Assembly (NCBI GenBank): GCA_963806225.1
Contig: CAWDXG010000001.1
Location: 1,216,001-1,280,000 of the forward strand
DNA: 64,000 nt
Reading direction: 5' to 3'
Origin: an uncultured delta proteobacterium
GTDB taxonomy: Bacteria > Myxococcota_A > Polyangia > Polyangiales > Polyangiaceae
Under the pieces are notes generated by a model, which made no database searches, was not told where the DNA came from, and saw only the letters and a list, made by a program, of their open reading frames with translations. Both the position numbers and the translations under genes were made by a program. Below are positions 51,655 through 61,614 of this stretch, piece after piece (within the stretch, counting starts at the first letter, position 1; each line of letters opens with the position of its first letter).

Positions 51655-53250
51655 ATGTCCCGAACGAACCGAACGCTTCTGTGCTGCCTGCTCGCGGCGG
51701 GCCTTTCGCTGGGGGGCTGCTCCAGGGTCCGCTCCCTGCTCGGGATCGGCAAGAGCACGAGCTCGGCCTCGGCCGCGCCGTCCGCTGCACCGAGCGCTGC
51801 CGGCACGCCCTCCGCGCAGAGCGGCGGCGTCTGCAAGGTCGTGTCGCGCAAGGTGTGGGGCACCGCCGCCAACGCGCGCACCGGGATCACCGTGACCCGG
51901 CTGTCCGGCGGCAGCTTCGCGATCGGCGTCGCCATGGGTAACCGCCCCGAGATCATCGCATTCGACCGCGCGGGGCAGGGGCGGATCGTCCAGCCCGCCG
52001 TCGCCAGCGGCACCGCGCTTGCCAAGGGCATCCCGTCCGCGCAGGGCCAGCGCGATCTGCAGCGCGTCACGCCCGCGGTGAACAGCGGCGGCGAGCTCGT
52101 CGCCTATGCCGACTACCGCGATGTCTACAAGAACAAGCGCCGGCGCATCGCCTGTGGGCGGACCGATAGCACGCACGAGCTGCTCGTCTTCGACGGCAAG
52201 CCGCTGCTCGATCGCGAGGACGAGGACACCGACAAGACGCCCCCGATGGGTCGCACGGCACATGCTGGCGCGATCTCCCCCGGGGGGGCGGCGACGCCGG
52301 AGAAGAAGCCCGCGCCCGCGGCGAAGAAGCCGGCCCCCGCAACAAGGAAGCCGGCGAGAGGTCGACTGGTGCTGCCAGGCGGGCTGCCGAAGCTCCGCAT
52401 GGCCGCCCGGCCGCAGGCGAAGGCGCCGGTCGCGAGGACCCCGCCCAAGGCAGCGAAGCCGGCAAAGCCCAGCCGGCCCGAGCGCGAGCTCCGCGATTGC
52501 CGCAGCTTCGTCGACCCGGCGGGTCACGACGCCTGGGCGGTCGGCAGCGAGCTGTACGAAAAGCCAGAAAGCGACGGCAGCACGCACTACAGCATCCGCT
52601 TTTTCGTCGATCGCGGGGCCGGTCGTGGCCGCGTGCTGCTCCGGAGCGAGAAGCTTCCGGACAACCCCGACAAGCTGTACACGTTCGAAGCGCCGGTCGC
52701 CGAGAAGCTGCCTGACGGAAGCTACGTGCTGGCAGCGCGCTACCGCGGCTCGCTCTTCGCCTGGACGCTCGGCCTCGACAAGCGTCCGCGCGGGCCCGCC
52801 CGCGTCTACGGCGGCTCGCTGGGTATGCCCCACATGTTGCGGGACGGCGACGACTTGTTGATGCTGCTATCGCAGGCGACCGACAACGACCACTGGGCGG
52901 TGCGACTGGCGAGGGTCCCCGGGCGCGGCGGCACGCTGCCGGCCAAGCTCCAGCCTGTCGCGCTCGACAGCGATCCGTCGCAGGCCGAGCCCACCTTCGC
53001 CATCGCTGCCGGGCAGCGCTGGATCGCCTACCAGGCAGGCGAGCGGCGCCACGGTCAGCTTGTCCTGGTGCCGGTGGACGCCAAGCTCGCGGTCGCCGGT
53101 CAGGTGTTCCGCGCGACCTCCGGGAACGACGACGTCTACGAGTCGCACCTGTTCGGCCTCGACACCGGCAAGCTTCTGGCGGTGTACATCGAGAGCGCGC
53201 CGTCCGCCCGGCTCGTCAGCGAAGTGCTCGACTGCCACGTGGAGAGCTAG
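51655..53250 (+). CDS. Hypothetical lipoprotein
   Basis: Lipobox LGGC; beta-rich domains separated by a Lys/Pro/Ala-rich linker. Confidence 0.75.
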   Translation: MSRTNRTLLCCLLAAGLSLGGCSRVRSLLGIGKSTSSASAAPSAAPSAAGTPSAQSGGVCKVVSRKVWGTAANARTGITVTRLSGGSFAIGVAMGNRPEIIAFDRAGQGRIVQPAVASGTALAKGIPSAQGQRDLQRVTPAVNSGGELVAYADYRDVYKNKRRRIACGRTDSTHELLVFDGKPLLDREDEDTDKTPPMGRTAHAGAISPGGAATPEKKPAPAAKKPAPATRKPARGRLVLPGGLPKLRMAARPQAKAPVARTPPKAAKPAKPSRPERELRDCRSFVDPAGHDAWAVGSELYEKPESDGSTHYSIRFFVDRGAGRGRVLLRSEKLPDNPDKLYTFEAPVAEKLPDGSYVLAARYRGSLFAWTLGLDKRPRGPARVYGGSLGMPHMLRDGDDLLMLLSQATDNDHWAVRLARVPGRGGTLPAKLQPVALDSDPSQAEPTFAIAAGQRWIAYQAGERRHGQLVLVPVDAKLAVAGQVFRATSGNDDVYESHLFGLDTGKLLAVYIESAPSARLVSEVLDCHVES

Positions 53251-53396
53251 CGCCCGGGGGGGGGCTCCGCCGCGCCCGCCGGTGAGGTGCCGCTCGCGCC
53301 CGCCCTGCGTGGCCGGCAGGTGCGAGCCGGCGCATCCTGCGGGGCGGATTGCCACGGCGGCTGCCGTCCCGCCCATGAAACCGCGGCACAAGTGCC

Positions 53397-53413
53397 TTGG
53401 CACGCTCGCTGCA
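53397..53413 (+). promoter_or_regulatory. Sigma54 (-24/-12) promoter
   Basis: TTGGCACGCTCGCTGCA is close to the TGGCACG-N4-TTGCA consensus; inverted repeat GGGCGG...CCGCCC upstream (about 53342-53374). Confidence 0.65.
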
Positions 53414-53436
53414 GGCCCTCTCCAGGGGGAGTATCG

Positions 53437-54249
53437 ATGACGGCGACCGACGAGACGGGAAACATCGAGCGCTGGGTCCGCGTTGCGTACGCGGCCAAGG
53501 GCTTCATCTATCTGCTGCTGGGCGCACTGTGCGTCGATGCGGTGGTTGCCGGTCCGGTGTTGCCGGGGACGCACGGCGTCGGCCGCGCGCTCCTGGTGCT
53601 GGGCGCTCTGGGGCTTGCCGCCTATGCAGTCTGGCGCTTCGCGCAGGGCGTGCTCGACTTCGAGCACGACGGCCTGGGGCTTCGCGGCCTGCTGCGGCGC
53701 GGAGGCTACCTGCTCAGCGGCGTGCTGCACGGCGCGCTGGCCGTCGCGGCCGTGCAGCTCAGCGCCTCGCGTGCTGCGGCTCGCGCTCCTACGTGGGTCG
53801 GGGAGCTGCACGCGCAGCCGGCGGGGCTGGCCCTGGTCGGGACGCTCGGCGTGCTGATCATGGCGTCCGGCGTGTACCAGATGCTGATCGGGCTGACCGC
53901 CGCGTTCTTCGAGCGGCTCGACACGAGGCGCATGACCCCGCGCTCGGTGCGCTGGGCTGTGTTCGCCGGGCGCGTCGGCATTGCGGGGCGGGGCCTGGTG
54001 CTGCTCGGTCTCGGTGCGCTGCTCGCGCACGGAGCGTACGGTGACGGAGGCGCCGCGGCTCACAGCATCATCGCCCGGCTCGCGCGGATCGCCGGGACTC
54101 CGCTGGGCGCGTTCGTGATCGTCGGCGCGGGCCTGTGCCTGATCGCGTACGGCGTGCACATGGTGGTCTGGTCGCGCTATCTGATGTTCCGCCGCGCGCC
54201 GCCAGATGACCCGGTCCTGCCGCAAGGCGTCTCGCCGCAGGCGAGGTGA
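53437..54249 (+). CDS. DUF1206-like membrane protein
   Basis: RVAYAAKGFIY.L.G, GL.AYA.WR, GR.G..GRG.V, GL.LIAYG repeated helical pattern. Confidence 0.75.
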   Translation: MTATDETGNIERWVRVAYAAKGFIYLLLGALCVDAVVAGPVLPGTHGVGRALLVLGALGLAAYAVWRFAQGVLDFEHDGLGLRGLLRRGGYLLSGVLHGALAVAAVQLSASRAAARAPTWVGELHAQPAGLALVGTLGVLIMASGVYQMLIGLTAAFFERLDTRRMTPRSVRWAVFAGRVGIAGRGLVLLGLGALLAHGAYGDGGAAAHSIIARLARIAGTPLGAFVIVGAGLCLIAYGVHMVVWSRYLMFRRAPPDDPVLPQGVSPQAR

Positions 54250-54394
54250 GGGCAGCGCAGGGATTGCGGTTTCCGTAGCGAGCCGCGCACGCGCTGCATG
54301 CGGGCAGTGGGAACGGCGCGATGCGTCACGAGACGGGAAATAGCCACTCTTGCGCAGGGCCCCGTGTGGAACAACACTTGCAATCAGGCAACTC

Positions 54395-54826
54395 GTGTCC
54401 CGATCCTTTCGCTGCAGCCGATGCGGCGGCATCAACCGCGTGCCGCATCCGCTCCCTCCAGGCTCTCCGATCTGCGGGCGCTGTCGGGACACGCTCGACA
54501 TGTCGGGCGCTCCCCAGCAGGTCGACGCGGCGGGCATGAAGGCCACCATCGCCAAGTCCCCGGTTCCCGTGCTGGTCGACTTCTGGGCGGAGTGGTGCGG
54601 CCCCTGCCGCATGGCCGCTCCGCTGCTCGACAAGCTCGCGCGCGAGAACGCCGGTCGCATCATCGTGCTCAAGCTCGACACGGACGCGAACCCCGGTCCG
54701 TCCGAGGAGCTCGGCATCCGCGGCATCCCCACGTTCATCGTCTTCAAGGGCGGGACCGAAGCCGCGCGCCAGAGCGGTCTGCCGCCGCAGTCGATGTTCA
54801 AGCAGTGGATCGGCGCGCAGCTCTAG
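54395..54826 (+). CDS. trxC: Thioredoxin 2 (zinc-finger thioredoxin)
   Basis: CSRC..INR...CGRC zinc finger plus VDFWAEWCGPC, GIRGIPT. Confidence 0.92.
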   Translation: MSRSFRCSRCGGINRVPHPLPPGSPICGRCRDTLDMSGAPQQVDAAGMKATIAKSPVPVLVDFWAEWCGPCRMAAPLLDKLARENAGRIIVLKLDTDANPGPSEELGIRGIPTFIVFKGGTEAARQSGLPPQSMFKQWIGAQL

Positions 54827-54852
54827 GCGGGTTCGCGTCGCGCGCCGTTTCG

Positions 54853-55545
54853 CTACTCTTCCTCGCCGATCGTGCACGACAGCGCGCGGGCTACGGTGGC
54901 GCGGCCCTGATCGAGCCACTTGCCGCCGGGCGTCCAGTGCAGCTTCGCGCCGTCGAGCTGACCGAGGAAGCGCACCTTGCAGGTCGCCACGAAACGCGCG
55001 AGCTTCTTCGCTTCGACGCCGGCCGAGGGCTCGTCGTGAAGCCGCATCGCCACCGCGGGCGTCGCCCACAGCCCCGCCACCAGGATCAGCTGGTTGTCCG
55101 GCCACGTACGGTAGGGTTGGATGATGCTCTTCTTGTTGTCGTCGATCGGCTGGCTTGGATCTTTCGGCCAGGGCTCGCTCTCGGCCTTGTAGCCGCAGTG
55201 CACGCCGCCGAGCGTCTTGTCCGAAGCACACGCCAGGTTGTTGTAGTCGGCCGTGACCAGCGTGATGCGCACCTCGGACGTGTTGCCCTTGCGCCAGGTG
55301 GATGTGTCGGTCTTCGACGGCCCCGGTTTCTGGAACAGGTTGCCGATGGTCGACATCGGGATGAACACCATCAGCGCGACGATGACCGCTGCGATGATGA
55401 AACGTCCGCCCACGACCGGCGTCGGCTCCGGCTCCTTCCGCTTCTTCTTCGCCGCCGGACGGGAGCCCGCCGTCTTCGCGGGGGGGCGGCTGGCGCCCTT
55501 CTTCGCGGAGGGGCGGCTACCCTGGCTCGACTTCTTCTGGGCCAT
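54853..55545 (-). CDS. Hypothetical membrane-anchored protein
   Basis: Basic N-terminus, one TM helix, four-Cys extracytoplasmic domain; typical codon usage. Confidence 0.75.
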   Translation of the reverse strand: MAQKKSSQGSRPSAKKGASRPPAKTAGSRPAAKKKRKEPEPTPVVGGRFIIAAVIVALMVFIPMSTIGNLFQKPGPSKTDTSTWRKGNTSEVRITLVTADYNNLACASDKTLGGVHCGYKAESEPWPKDPSQPIDDNKKSIIQPYRTWPDNQLILVAGLWATPAVAMRLHDEPSAGVEAKKLARFVATCKVRFLGQLDGAKLHWTPGGKWLDQGRATVARALSCTIGEEE

Positions 55546-55617
55546 CTCGGCCGGTGATACCGCAAAACGGGCGGGTTCCCCAGAGGATCCTGCCTCGGCG
55601 CGGGCCCCGGCCCCGTC

Positions 55618-56511
55618 GTGCTAGCTTTCCGGGCCGGTATGCAGCTCGAGGGTGTGGCACAGCCCCCCCGGCAGGGCGGCTCCCTGTTCGGGTTCGTGAC
55701 GGCTCGCTACGACCGGCGGAGCCTGGTCGCGCTCGCGGTGCTGGTGCTGACCGGCGCGGCGGTCGGCTACCGCTGGAGCGATCTCATCGACGTGGATGGC
55801 GGCATGGACTGGCTGCTCGTCGGCATCTGGCTGTGGATGGCGGCGCTCCTGACCTGGAACGTGCGTCCGCGCCGCGATCTGGTCGTGCTCGCCGTCGGCC
55901 TCGGTGGCGGCGCCTTCATCGAGTGGTGGGGCACCCAGACGCAGCTCTGGCACTACTTCACCGCCGAGCGCCCACCCTTGTGGATCCTGCCGGCCTGGCC
56001 CGTCGCCGCGCTCAGCATCGACCGGCTCGCGCACTTCCTCGACCTCGCGCGCGGCCGCGCCGAGGCACGGCGCCCCGTGCCGGCGTCGTTCTATCGCGTC
56101 GCCTACTGGCTGCTGCTGCCCGGCTACATGCTCTGGATGTTCACATTCATGGGCCCCACGTGGAGCACGACCGCCTCGCGCGTCGTCGGCGTGCTCATGC
56201 TCGCCGTGGTGCTGCGCTCGAAGCAGCACCGCCGCGACGTGGTCATGTTCGCCGCCGGCTCCCTGCTCGGCTTGTTCCTCGAATACTGGGGCACCAGCCG
56301 CGAGTGCTGGACCTACTACACCGCGCAGGTGCCCCCCGCCGTCGCCGTCTTCGCCCACGGCTTCGCTGCCGTCGTGTTCGCGCGCTGCACGGACGTGGGG
56401 ATGGCGCTGCTCGAAGGGTTGAACAGGAAGGCGGGAAGGCTGGAAGGTTTTCTGGGGTCGAGTGGACGGCGGCGGCTAGCGGCCAATCCAGAGGCTGCTC
56501 CGCCGGAGTAG
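55618..56511 (+). CDS. Hypothetical polytopic membrane protein with internal duplication
   Basis: Two repeats of RRD.V....G...G.F.E.WGT....W.Y.T...PP. Start may be ATG 55639. Confidence 0.8.
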   Translation: MLAFRAGMQLEGVAQPPRQGGSLFGFVTARYDRRSLVALAVLVLTGAAVGYRWSDLIDVDGGMDWLLVGIWLWMAALLTWNVRPRRDLVVLAVGLGGGAFIEWWGTQTQLWHYFTAERPPLWILPAWPVAALSIDRLAHFLDLARGRAEARRPVPASFYRVAYWLLLPGYMLWMFTFMGPTWSTTASRVVGVLMLAVVLRSKQHRRDVVMFAAGSLLGLFLEYWGTSRECWTYYTAQVPPAVAVFAHGFAAVVFARCTDVGMALLEGLNRKAGRLEGFLGSSGRRRLAANPEAAPPE

Positions 56512-56532
56512 CGAAGGCGCGTCGGAGCGTCG

Positions 56533-57321
56533 CTACAGACAGCTCTTGAAGACGGCCTGGTACAGCGCCTTGCCCAGCACCTTCTGGCCTTCGGTGCCGA
56601 AGTGGATGCCGTCCTTGAAGGGCTTGGCGTAGCGGCGGCATAGCTTTTCGCTCTCGCCACAGGAGAGCAGCGGATAGGCGTCGACCACGAAGTCCACGTC
56701 GCCGCTCGCGGGCTCGGCCTTGATCCAGCGGTTCAGCTCGAGCGTGTGCTTCTGCCGCCGCTGGTTGAAGTAGCGCTTGAAGCCGCCCCAGGGCGTGACC
56801 GTGATCGCGACGACTTTCATCCCGTGCTCGTGCGCGGCTTTGTACATCTTCGTCAGGTCGCGCTCGATCCTCGCGTTCGTGCGGTGGGCCGTGAGATCGC
56901 TGTACAGGTCGTTCACGCCGCCGAACACGATCAGGTGCGTGTAGTGAGGCTTCGACGGGCCGAGCACGTCGCGCGCGAAGCGGCGGCGCATCTGGTTGAC
57001 CATGTTGCCGCCCACGCCGTAGTTGTCGAAGTGGCTCTGCGGGCAGTGCTTCTCGAGGTAGGCGAGGTACTTGCCGCCGTGCGAGCGCGTGTCCGTGATG
57101 GAGTCGCCGATCGCCGCGACCGTGCAGACGCGCTTCACACGCGCCGGCGTCGTCGACGCGCTGGCCGAGGCGCGGGGGCGCGGGGTCGGCTTGGCCGGAG
57201 CGGCGGACAGCGCCGTCGCCGGAACCGTGCCCGCCGGGCCGCCGGGCCGCGGAGCCAGCGCGACCGCGCCGGCGATCGCCCCCGCTATGCCCAGAGCCGC
57301 GATGGAAGAGCCAAGCTGCAT
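56533..57321 (-). CDS. SGNH/GDSL hydrolase
   Basis: AIGDSIT, GVGG, FGGVND, DGIHF. Confidence 0.9.
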   Translation of the reverse strand: MQLGSSIAALGIAGAIAGAVALAPRPGGPAGTVPATALSAAPAKPTPRPRASASASTTPARVKRVCTVAAIGDSITDTRSHGGKYLAYLEKHCPQSHFDNYGVGGNMVNQMRRRFARDVLGPSKPHYTHLIVFGGVNDLYSDLTAHRTNARIERDLTKMYKAAHEHGMKVVAITVTPWGGFKRYFNQRRQKHTLELNRWIKAEPASGDVDFVVDAYPLLSCGESEKLCRRYAKPFKDGIHFGTEGQKVLGKALYQAVFKSCL

Positions 57322-57399
57322 GCTCCCGATCCCCCTAGCATATCCCACCGCGCCGCCCCAATCGTGGCCCGTAGTCCGATCACCATGCAAGCTGGGGGA

Positions 57400-57722
57400 T
57401 CCGGCGCAGCGAATCGCGTCGGGGGTCCGGCGGCGGTGAGCCTCCGGCGGAGGATTCCGGTGGGGGTAAGCGTAGGGGTGCCCCCACTCGCAGGTGCTCG
57501 GCTTCGCCTGCGCGCCTGCGGTCTCCCCCAAACTCGTGCTCGCCTCCGGCTGCGCGCGAGTGGGGGAGACGTCCGGCGCGGCACGTCAGTCCGCAACCCA
57601 TCCCACGCCGCCCCCCGCCGTAGGGCGAGCGAAGCGAGCCCCGGCGCAGCGAAGCGAATCGCGTGAGGGGGGCGCGGGGGGCAAAGAGCCCCCCGGGAGG
57701 ATTCCGGTGGGGGTGGGCGGGC
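57400..57722. repeat. REP/REPIN-like composite hairpin element
   Basis: Direct repeats GGAGGATTCCGGTGGGGGT (57449, 57696) and CCGGCGCAGCGAA; several hairpins; GCGAGCGAAGCGAGC motif. Confidence 0.65.
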
Positions 57723-57752
57723 GGGATACGGACGAGTACGCTCGGCGCCGAC

Positions 57753-58485
57753 ATGGGCTCCGTCGCCGACGTGTACCGCCAGACCCGCAAGAAGCCGGAT
57801 TCTCGTCTGGAACACCTACGTCGCTCGTCCCGTCGCCGCCGTCGTGGTCACCGCGCTGCGCGGCACGCGCGTCACGCCGAACCAGATCACGATCACCGCG
57901 GTGTTCGTCGCGGTCGCGTCGGCCGCGCTGCTCGTGTTCGTGCCCGGCTACGTCGGGCTGGTCGCTGCCGTCGTCGTGTTCGAGCTGTCCTACGTGCTCG
58001 ACTGCGCCGACGGCATGCTGGCCCGTTTCCGCGAGACGGCGTCGACCGGCGGCCACCTGCTCGACTTCCTGATGGACGAGCTCAAGGCGTTCGTGCTGCT
58101 TGGCGCCGCAGCCGTTCGCCTGTTCCGCTTCGGCACGCCCTGGTTCGGACCGCGGCCGGGAAACCCCGCGCTGCTCATGCTCGGCATCGCGGGCCTCGTG
58201 TGCCTGGCCAGCGGCATTGCGCTCACCACCTTCCAGCGCCGCCCCGAGATCGCCGGCAAGCCCGCCGATTGGCCCAACGTTGTAGCGCCGCGCCGCTCGC
58301 TGGTCGGTCGCGCCGTGGGCCTGGTCGAGCGCGTTGCCAAGCTGCTCATCCACTACCCGTCGTACATCCTGTTCGTCGGCCTGAGCGGCCACCTCGAGCT
58401 CTATTTCTACCCGTACATCGCCGTGAACGCGCTGTATGCCGCCAAGGCGTTCATGTCCGTCACGCTGCGCTTCGGGCGGAGCTGA
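57753..58485 (+). CDS. CDP-alcohol phosphatidyltransferase (frameshift near 57800)
   Basis: TPNQIT, LDCADGMLAR...S..G..LD...D; N-terminus MGSVADVYRQTRKKPD joins WNTYVARP after removing one base. Confidence 0.88.
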
Positions 58486-58672
58486 CTCCGGCCGGAGCTG
58501 ACTTCGGTGGGCCCGGGCGCGGCGCAGCCGCGCGTTTGGGACCACCCGCCGCGCGCAGCGGAGCGAGCGCGGCGGGCCGTCGAGCTCGGCACGTGGCGGA
58601 GGGCACCCCAACACACGTTGTCGGGAAGACTGCGCGCGTCCCGGACCTCGGATCGCGCCGCGGCCCGCCCGT

Positions 58673-58847
58673 GAGCTTGGAGGCGAAAACGCGCGTCTGG
58701 CGCCTGGAATGGGCGCCAAGCTCGAGGCTGGAGGCGAAAACGCGCGTCTGGCGCCTGGAATGCGCGCCAAGCGGAGCTTGGAGGCGGAAACGCGCGTCTG
58801 GCGCCTGGAATGGGCGCCAAGCTCGAGCTTGGAGGCGGAAACGCGCG
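58673..58847. repeat. About 3.5 tandem copies of a 50-51-bp palindromic unit
   Basis: GAGCTTGGAGGCG(A/G)AAACGCGCGTCTGGCGCCTGGAATGGGCGCCAAGCTC repeated; a homologue lies at 12131-12182. Confidence 0.9.
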
Positions 58848-58987
58848 CGGTCCGCGGTTCGCCACTGCGTACAGTTCGGCGCGGACGCGGATCTGCGCGC
58901 GCCGCCCTCGTCCGCGCTTCGGGCCGCAGTGCGCCCCCCGCGCCCGCGCCGCTCTGCGCACCTATGTCGCCCCCCCGCGCCCGCGCG

Positions 58988-59693
58988 CTATTCCTCGTCC
59001 TTCGTCTCGCTCCGCGCTTTGCGCATCAGCTCGTCGATGGCGCGCTGCGCGTCGCGGCTGGGCTTGGCATCGTCGGGGATCGAACCGACGCGTTCGCGGC
59101 GCTTCCGCTTCTTCCGCCGCTTGGGCGGCGCGTTCTGCATCTGGTCGAGCCAGGCGCGCTGGGCGTTCTTCCCCGGGTCGCGCCAGCTGCCGTGCGGGAC
59201 CGGCCCGCGGCGTCGCTTCCAGTGCTGGAAGAGCTGCCACGCCTCCGCGCCGTCGAGCGGCGGGATGGGGATCAGGTTGATGGCGATGAGCCACAGATTG
59301 GCTCCGAGGAACACCGACAGCAGCGACCACAGGAACAGCGTTCGGCGGCGGACCGCCCACGCGGAGCGCGATCCACACCGCCGCGTACAGCGCTGCCTGC
59401 ATCAGCACGCCGCCCCAGGCGATGAGCGACCGCTCGAACGCCGTCGCGTCCCCCGCCCACGCGCACGCGCCGCCGAGCCCGGTCACCTCGATCCCGATGA
59501 CGCGGTGCCCCGTGCGCCATACCAGCAGCGCGTGGCCGAGCTCGTGCAGCAGCACCAGCAGCACGAAGCCCAGGATGAACCCCGGCTGGAAGCGGAAGCC
59601 GTCGAACACGACGGCTACCACCGGTATCGACCAGTGGAGCCGCACGGGCGCCCCGCGCACCCGCATCAGCGTCCAGTAGCCCGAGCGGAACAC
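58988..59693 (-). CDS. Site-2 protease (M50 family; frameshift near 59341)
   Basis: LHELGH, IA.GG and NLIPIPPLDG motifs. Confidence 0.85.
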
Positions 59694-59770
59694 CCCGGGA
59701 ACATAGCCGCCAACGCCGACAAAGCCCGTGCCCCATTGATGCGCGGTTAAAGTCGTGGTTCGGATGGGAC

Positions 59771-60356
59771 ATGGGTCACACGATCGACCTTTCCGCACAC
59801 CCGCCCGAGCGGCTCTCCGCCGCCATCCGCGATGTCTTGACTGGCGCTCCCGACGCGCTCGGCGGCCGCCTGCCGTCCGCCGAGCATCTCAGACAGGGCG
59901 CCGAGGCCGTCACCCACGACCAGCCTGGCTCGGCCGCGGTGCACTTCCAGTCGCTGCTCGGAGATCGGCTATCTGATCGCGAGCGCCGACGGCTTCGCCG
60001 AAGAGGAGCGCCACGCGCTGGCCACCCTGCTCGAAGCCGTGCTCGGACGTGCCGTGTCGCACGACGACCTGGAGCTGCACTTCAAGGATCTCGACGCCGC
60101 CGTCGAGATTCTCGGCCGCCGTGAACGGTTGCGCCGCGCCGCGGAGGACTTCGAGGACGACCTCGGCCGCAGCGAGGCGCTCGGCTTCGCCGCGCTGGTC
60201 GCCGTTGCCGATGGACACCTCGCCGAGCCCGAGGCCAGCGCGCTGGACGAGCTCGGATCGTTCCTCGGTCTGGAGGCTGCCGAAGTGGAAGCTGCGATCG
60301 ACCGCGTCGTGGGGGACATCAAGAGCCGTCTCGCCGACAAGGAAGGAACGCCGTGA
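59771..60356 (+). CDS. TerB-like (tellurite resistance fold) protein (frameshift near 59960)
   Basis: Removing one G gives [19 protein letters not shown]...[22 protein letters not shown], with two ADG..EE motifs. Confidence 0.75.
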
Positions 60357-60937
60357 GCTTCATCAACCACATGGCGAAGGAGATCAACTGCAAGATCGTC
60401 TACTACGGCCCCGGCCTGTGCGGGAAGACGACCAACCTGCAGTACATCTTCGAGAAGACCAACCCTGCCTCCAAGGGCAAGATGATCTCGCTCGCCACCG
60501 AGACCGAGCGCACGTTGTTCTTCGACTTCATGCCGATCGATCTGGGTATGGTGAAGGGCTTCAAGGTGCGCTTCCACCTGTACACGGTGCCCGGCCAGGT
60601 CTTCTACGACGCCAGCCGCAAGCTGATCCTGAAGGGCGCCGACGGCATCATCTTCGTTGCCGACTCGCAGCCCGAGCGCTTCGAGGCGAACCAGGAGAGC
60701 GTGTCGAACCTCGCGACCAACCTGGCCGAGTACAACATGCGGCTCGGGGACGTGCCGTACGTCATGCAGTACAACAAGCGCGACATCCCCGGCGCCATGG
60801 CCGTCGAGGAGCTCCGCCCCGCGCTGAACCCCCTCGGCGTTCCCGAGTTCGAGGCCGTCGCGCGGACCGGTCCCGGCGTGTTCGATACGCTCAAGTCGCT
60901 GTCGAAGCTGGTGCTGGGCCGTATGCGCGGGGGCTGA
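60353..60937 (+). CDS. mglA: MglA family small GTPase
   Basis: MSFIN...[64 protein letters not shown]. Confidence 0.95.
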   Translation: MSFINHMAKEINCKIVYYGPGLCGKTTNLQYIFEKTNPASKGKMISLATETERTLFFDFMPIDLGMVKGFKVRFHLYTVPGQVFYDASRKLILKGADGIIFVADSQPERFEANQESVSNLATNLAEYNMRLGDVPYVMQYNKRDIPGAMAVEELRPALNPLGVPEFEAVARTGPGVFDTLKSLSKLVLGRMRGG

Positions 60938-60939
60938 CC

Positions 60940-61602
60940 GTGGCGGTGACGTCGTCCGGTGTCGTTCGATGGCCGGCCGTTCTGGCTGTGGCGGGCCTCG
61001 TCGCGTGTTCAAGCGGTCTCGACAATCTGAGCTCGTCTGGCCGGGACGGGTCGGTCGACTCGAGCGGCGGCGCGTCGGGAAGCGCCGGGCACGACGCAGG
61101 TGTCGGGGCGTCTGCGGGCAGCGGCGGCAGTGTGGGCAGCGGCGGCGCGGCGGGCAGCGGCGGCAGCGCGGGCAGCGGCGGCGCGGCGGGCAGCGGCGGC
61201 GCGGCGGGCAGCGGCGGCGCGGCGGGCAGCGGCGGCAGCGCAGGCAGCGGCGGCGCGGCGGGCAGCGGCGGCACAGCCGGAACCGGGCCGGGAGTCGTCG
61301 CGTGCGGCAGCTCGAACTGCGACCTCACGACCGGCCAGGCGTGCTGCTTGATGAACAACAGTATCGCCTGCGTGGCGGGCAGTTCCTGTTCGAGTGACCA
61401 GATCCGCTGTGACGGGCCCGAGGACTGCCCCGGTGAGGTCTGCTGCGAAAGGCTGAACGGGCCTCAAACGCAGGTGCGGCATCTCGATTGCCAGAGTCAA
61501 TGCGGCACCGATCCGCGGATCTGCCATACCAGCCAGGACTGTCCAGCGGGACTGCAGTGCGTGCCGTCTTCCCTGCTCCCGGGCTACTACCATTGTGGCT
61601 GA
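60940..61602 (+). CDS. Gly/Ser-linker, Cys-rich lipoprotein
   Basis: Lipobox LVAC; about 8 copies of an 18-bp GSGG(A/S)A repeat (61118-61275); CDGPEDC...CC domain. Confidence 0.8.
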   Translation: MAVTSSGVVRWPAVLAVAGLVACSSGLDNLSSSGRDGSVDSSGGASGSAGHDAGVGASAGSGGSVGSGGAAGSGGSAGSGGAAGSGGAAGSGGAAGSGGSAGSGGAAGSGGTAGTGPGVVACGSSNCDLTTGQACCLMNNSIACVAGSSCSSDQIRCDGPEDCPGEVCCERLNGPQTQVRHLDCQSQCGTDPRICHTSQDCPAGLQCVPSSLLPGYYHCG

Positions 61603-61614
61603 GGCGCCAAGGCG

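Noticed and set aside
48005..51895. Long Arg/Gly/Ala-rich alternative-frame and antisense ORFs here and throughout
   Set aside because: These are shadow ORFs expected at high GC, overlapping genes with clear family motifs.
61118..61275. 18-bp tandem repeat as a non-coding element
   Set aside because: It is in frame and encodes an ordinary GSGGAA lipoprotein linker.
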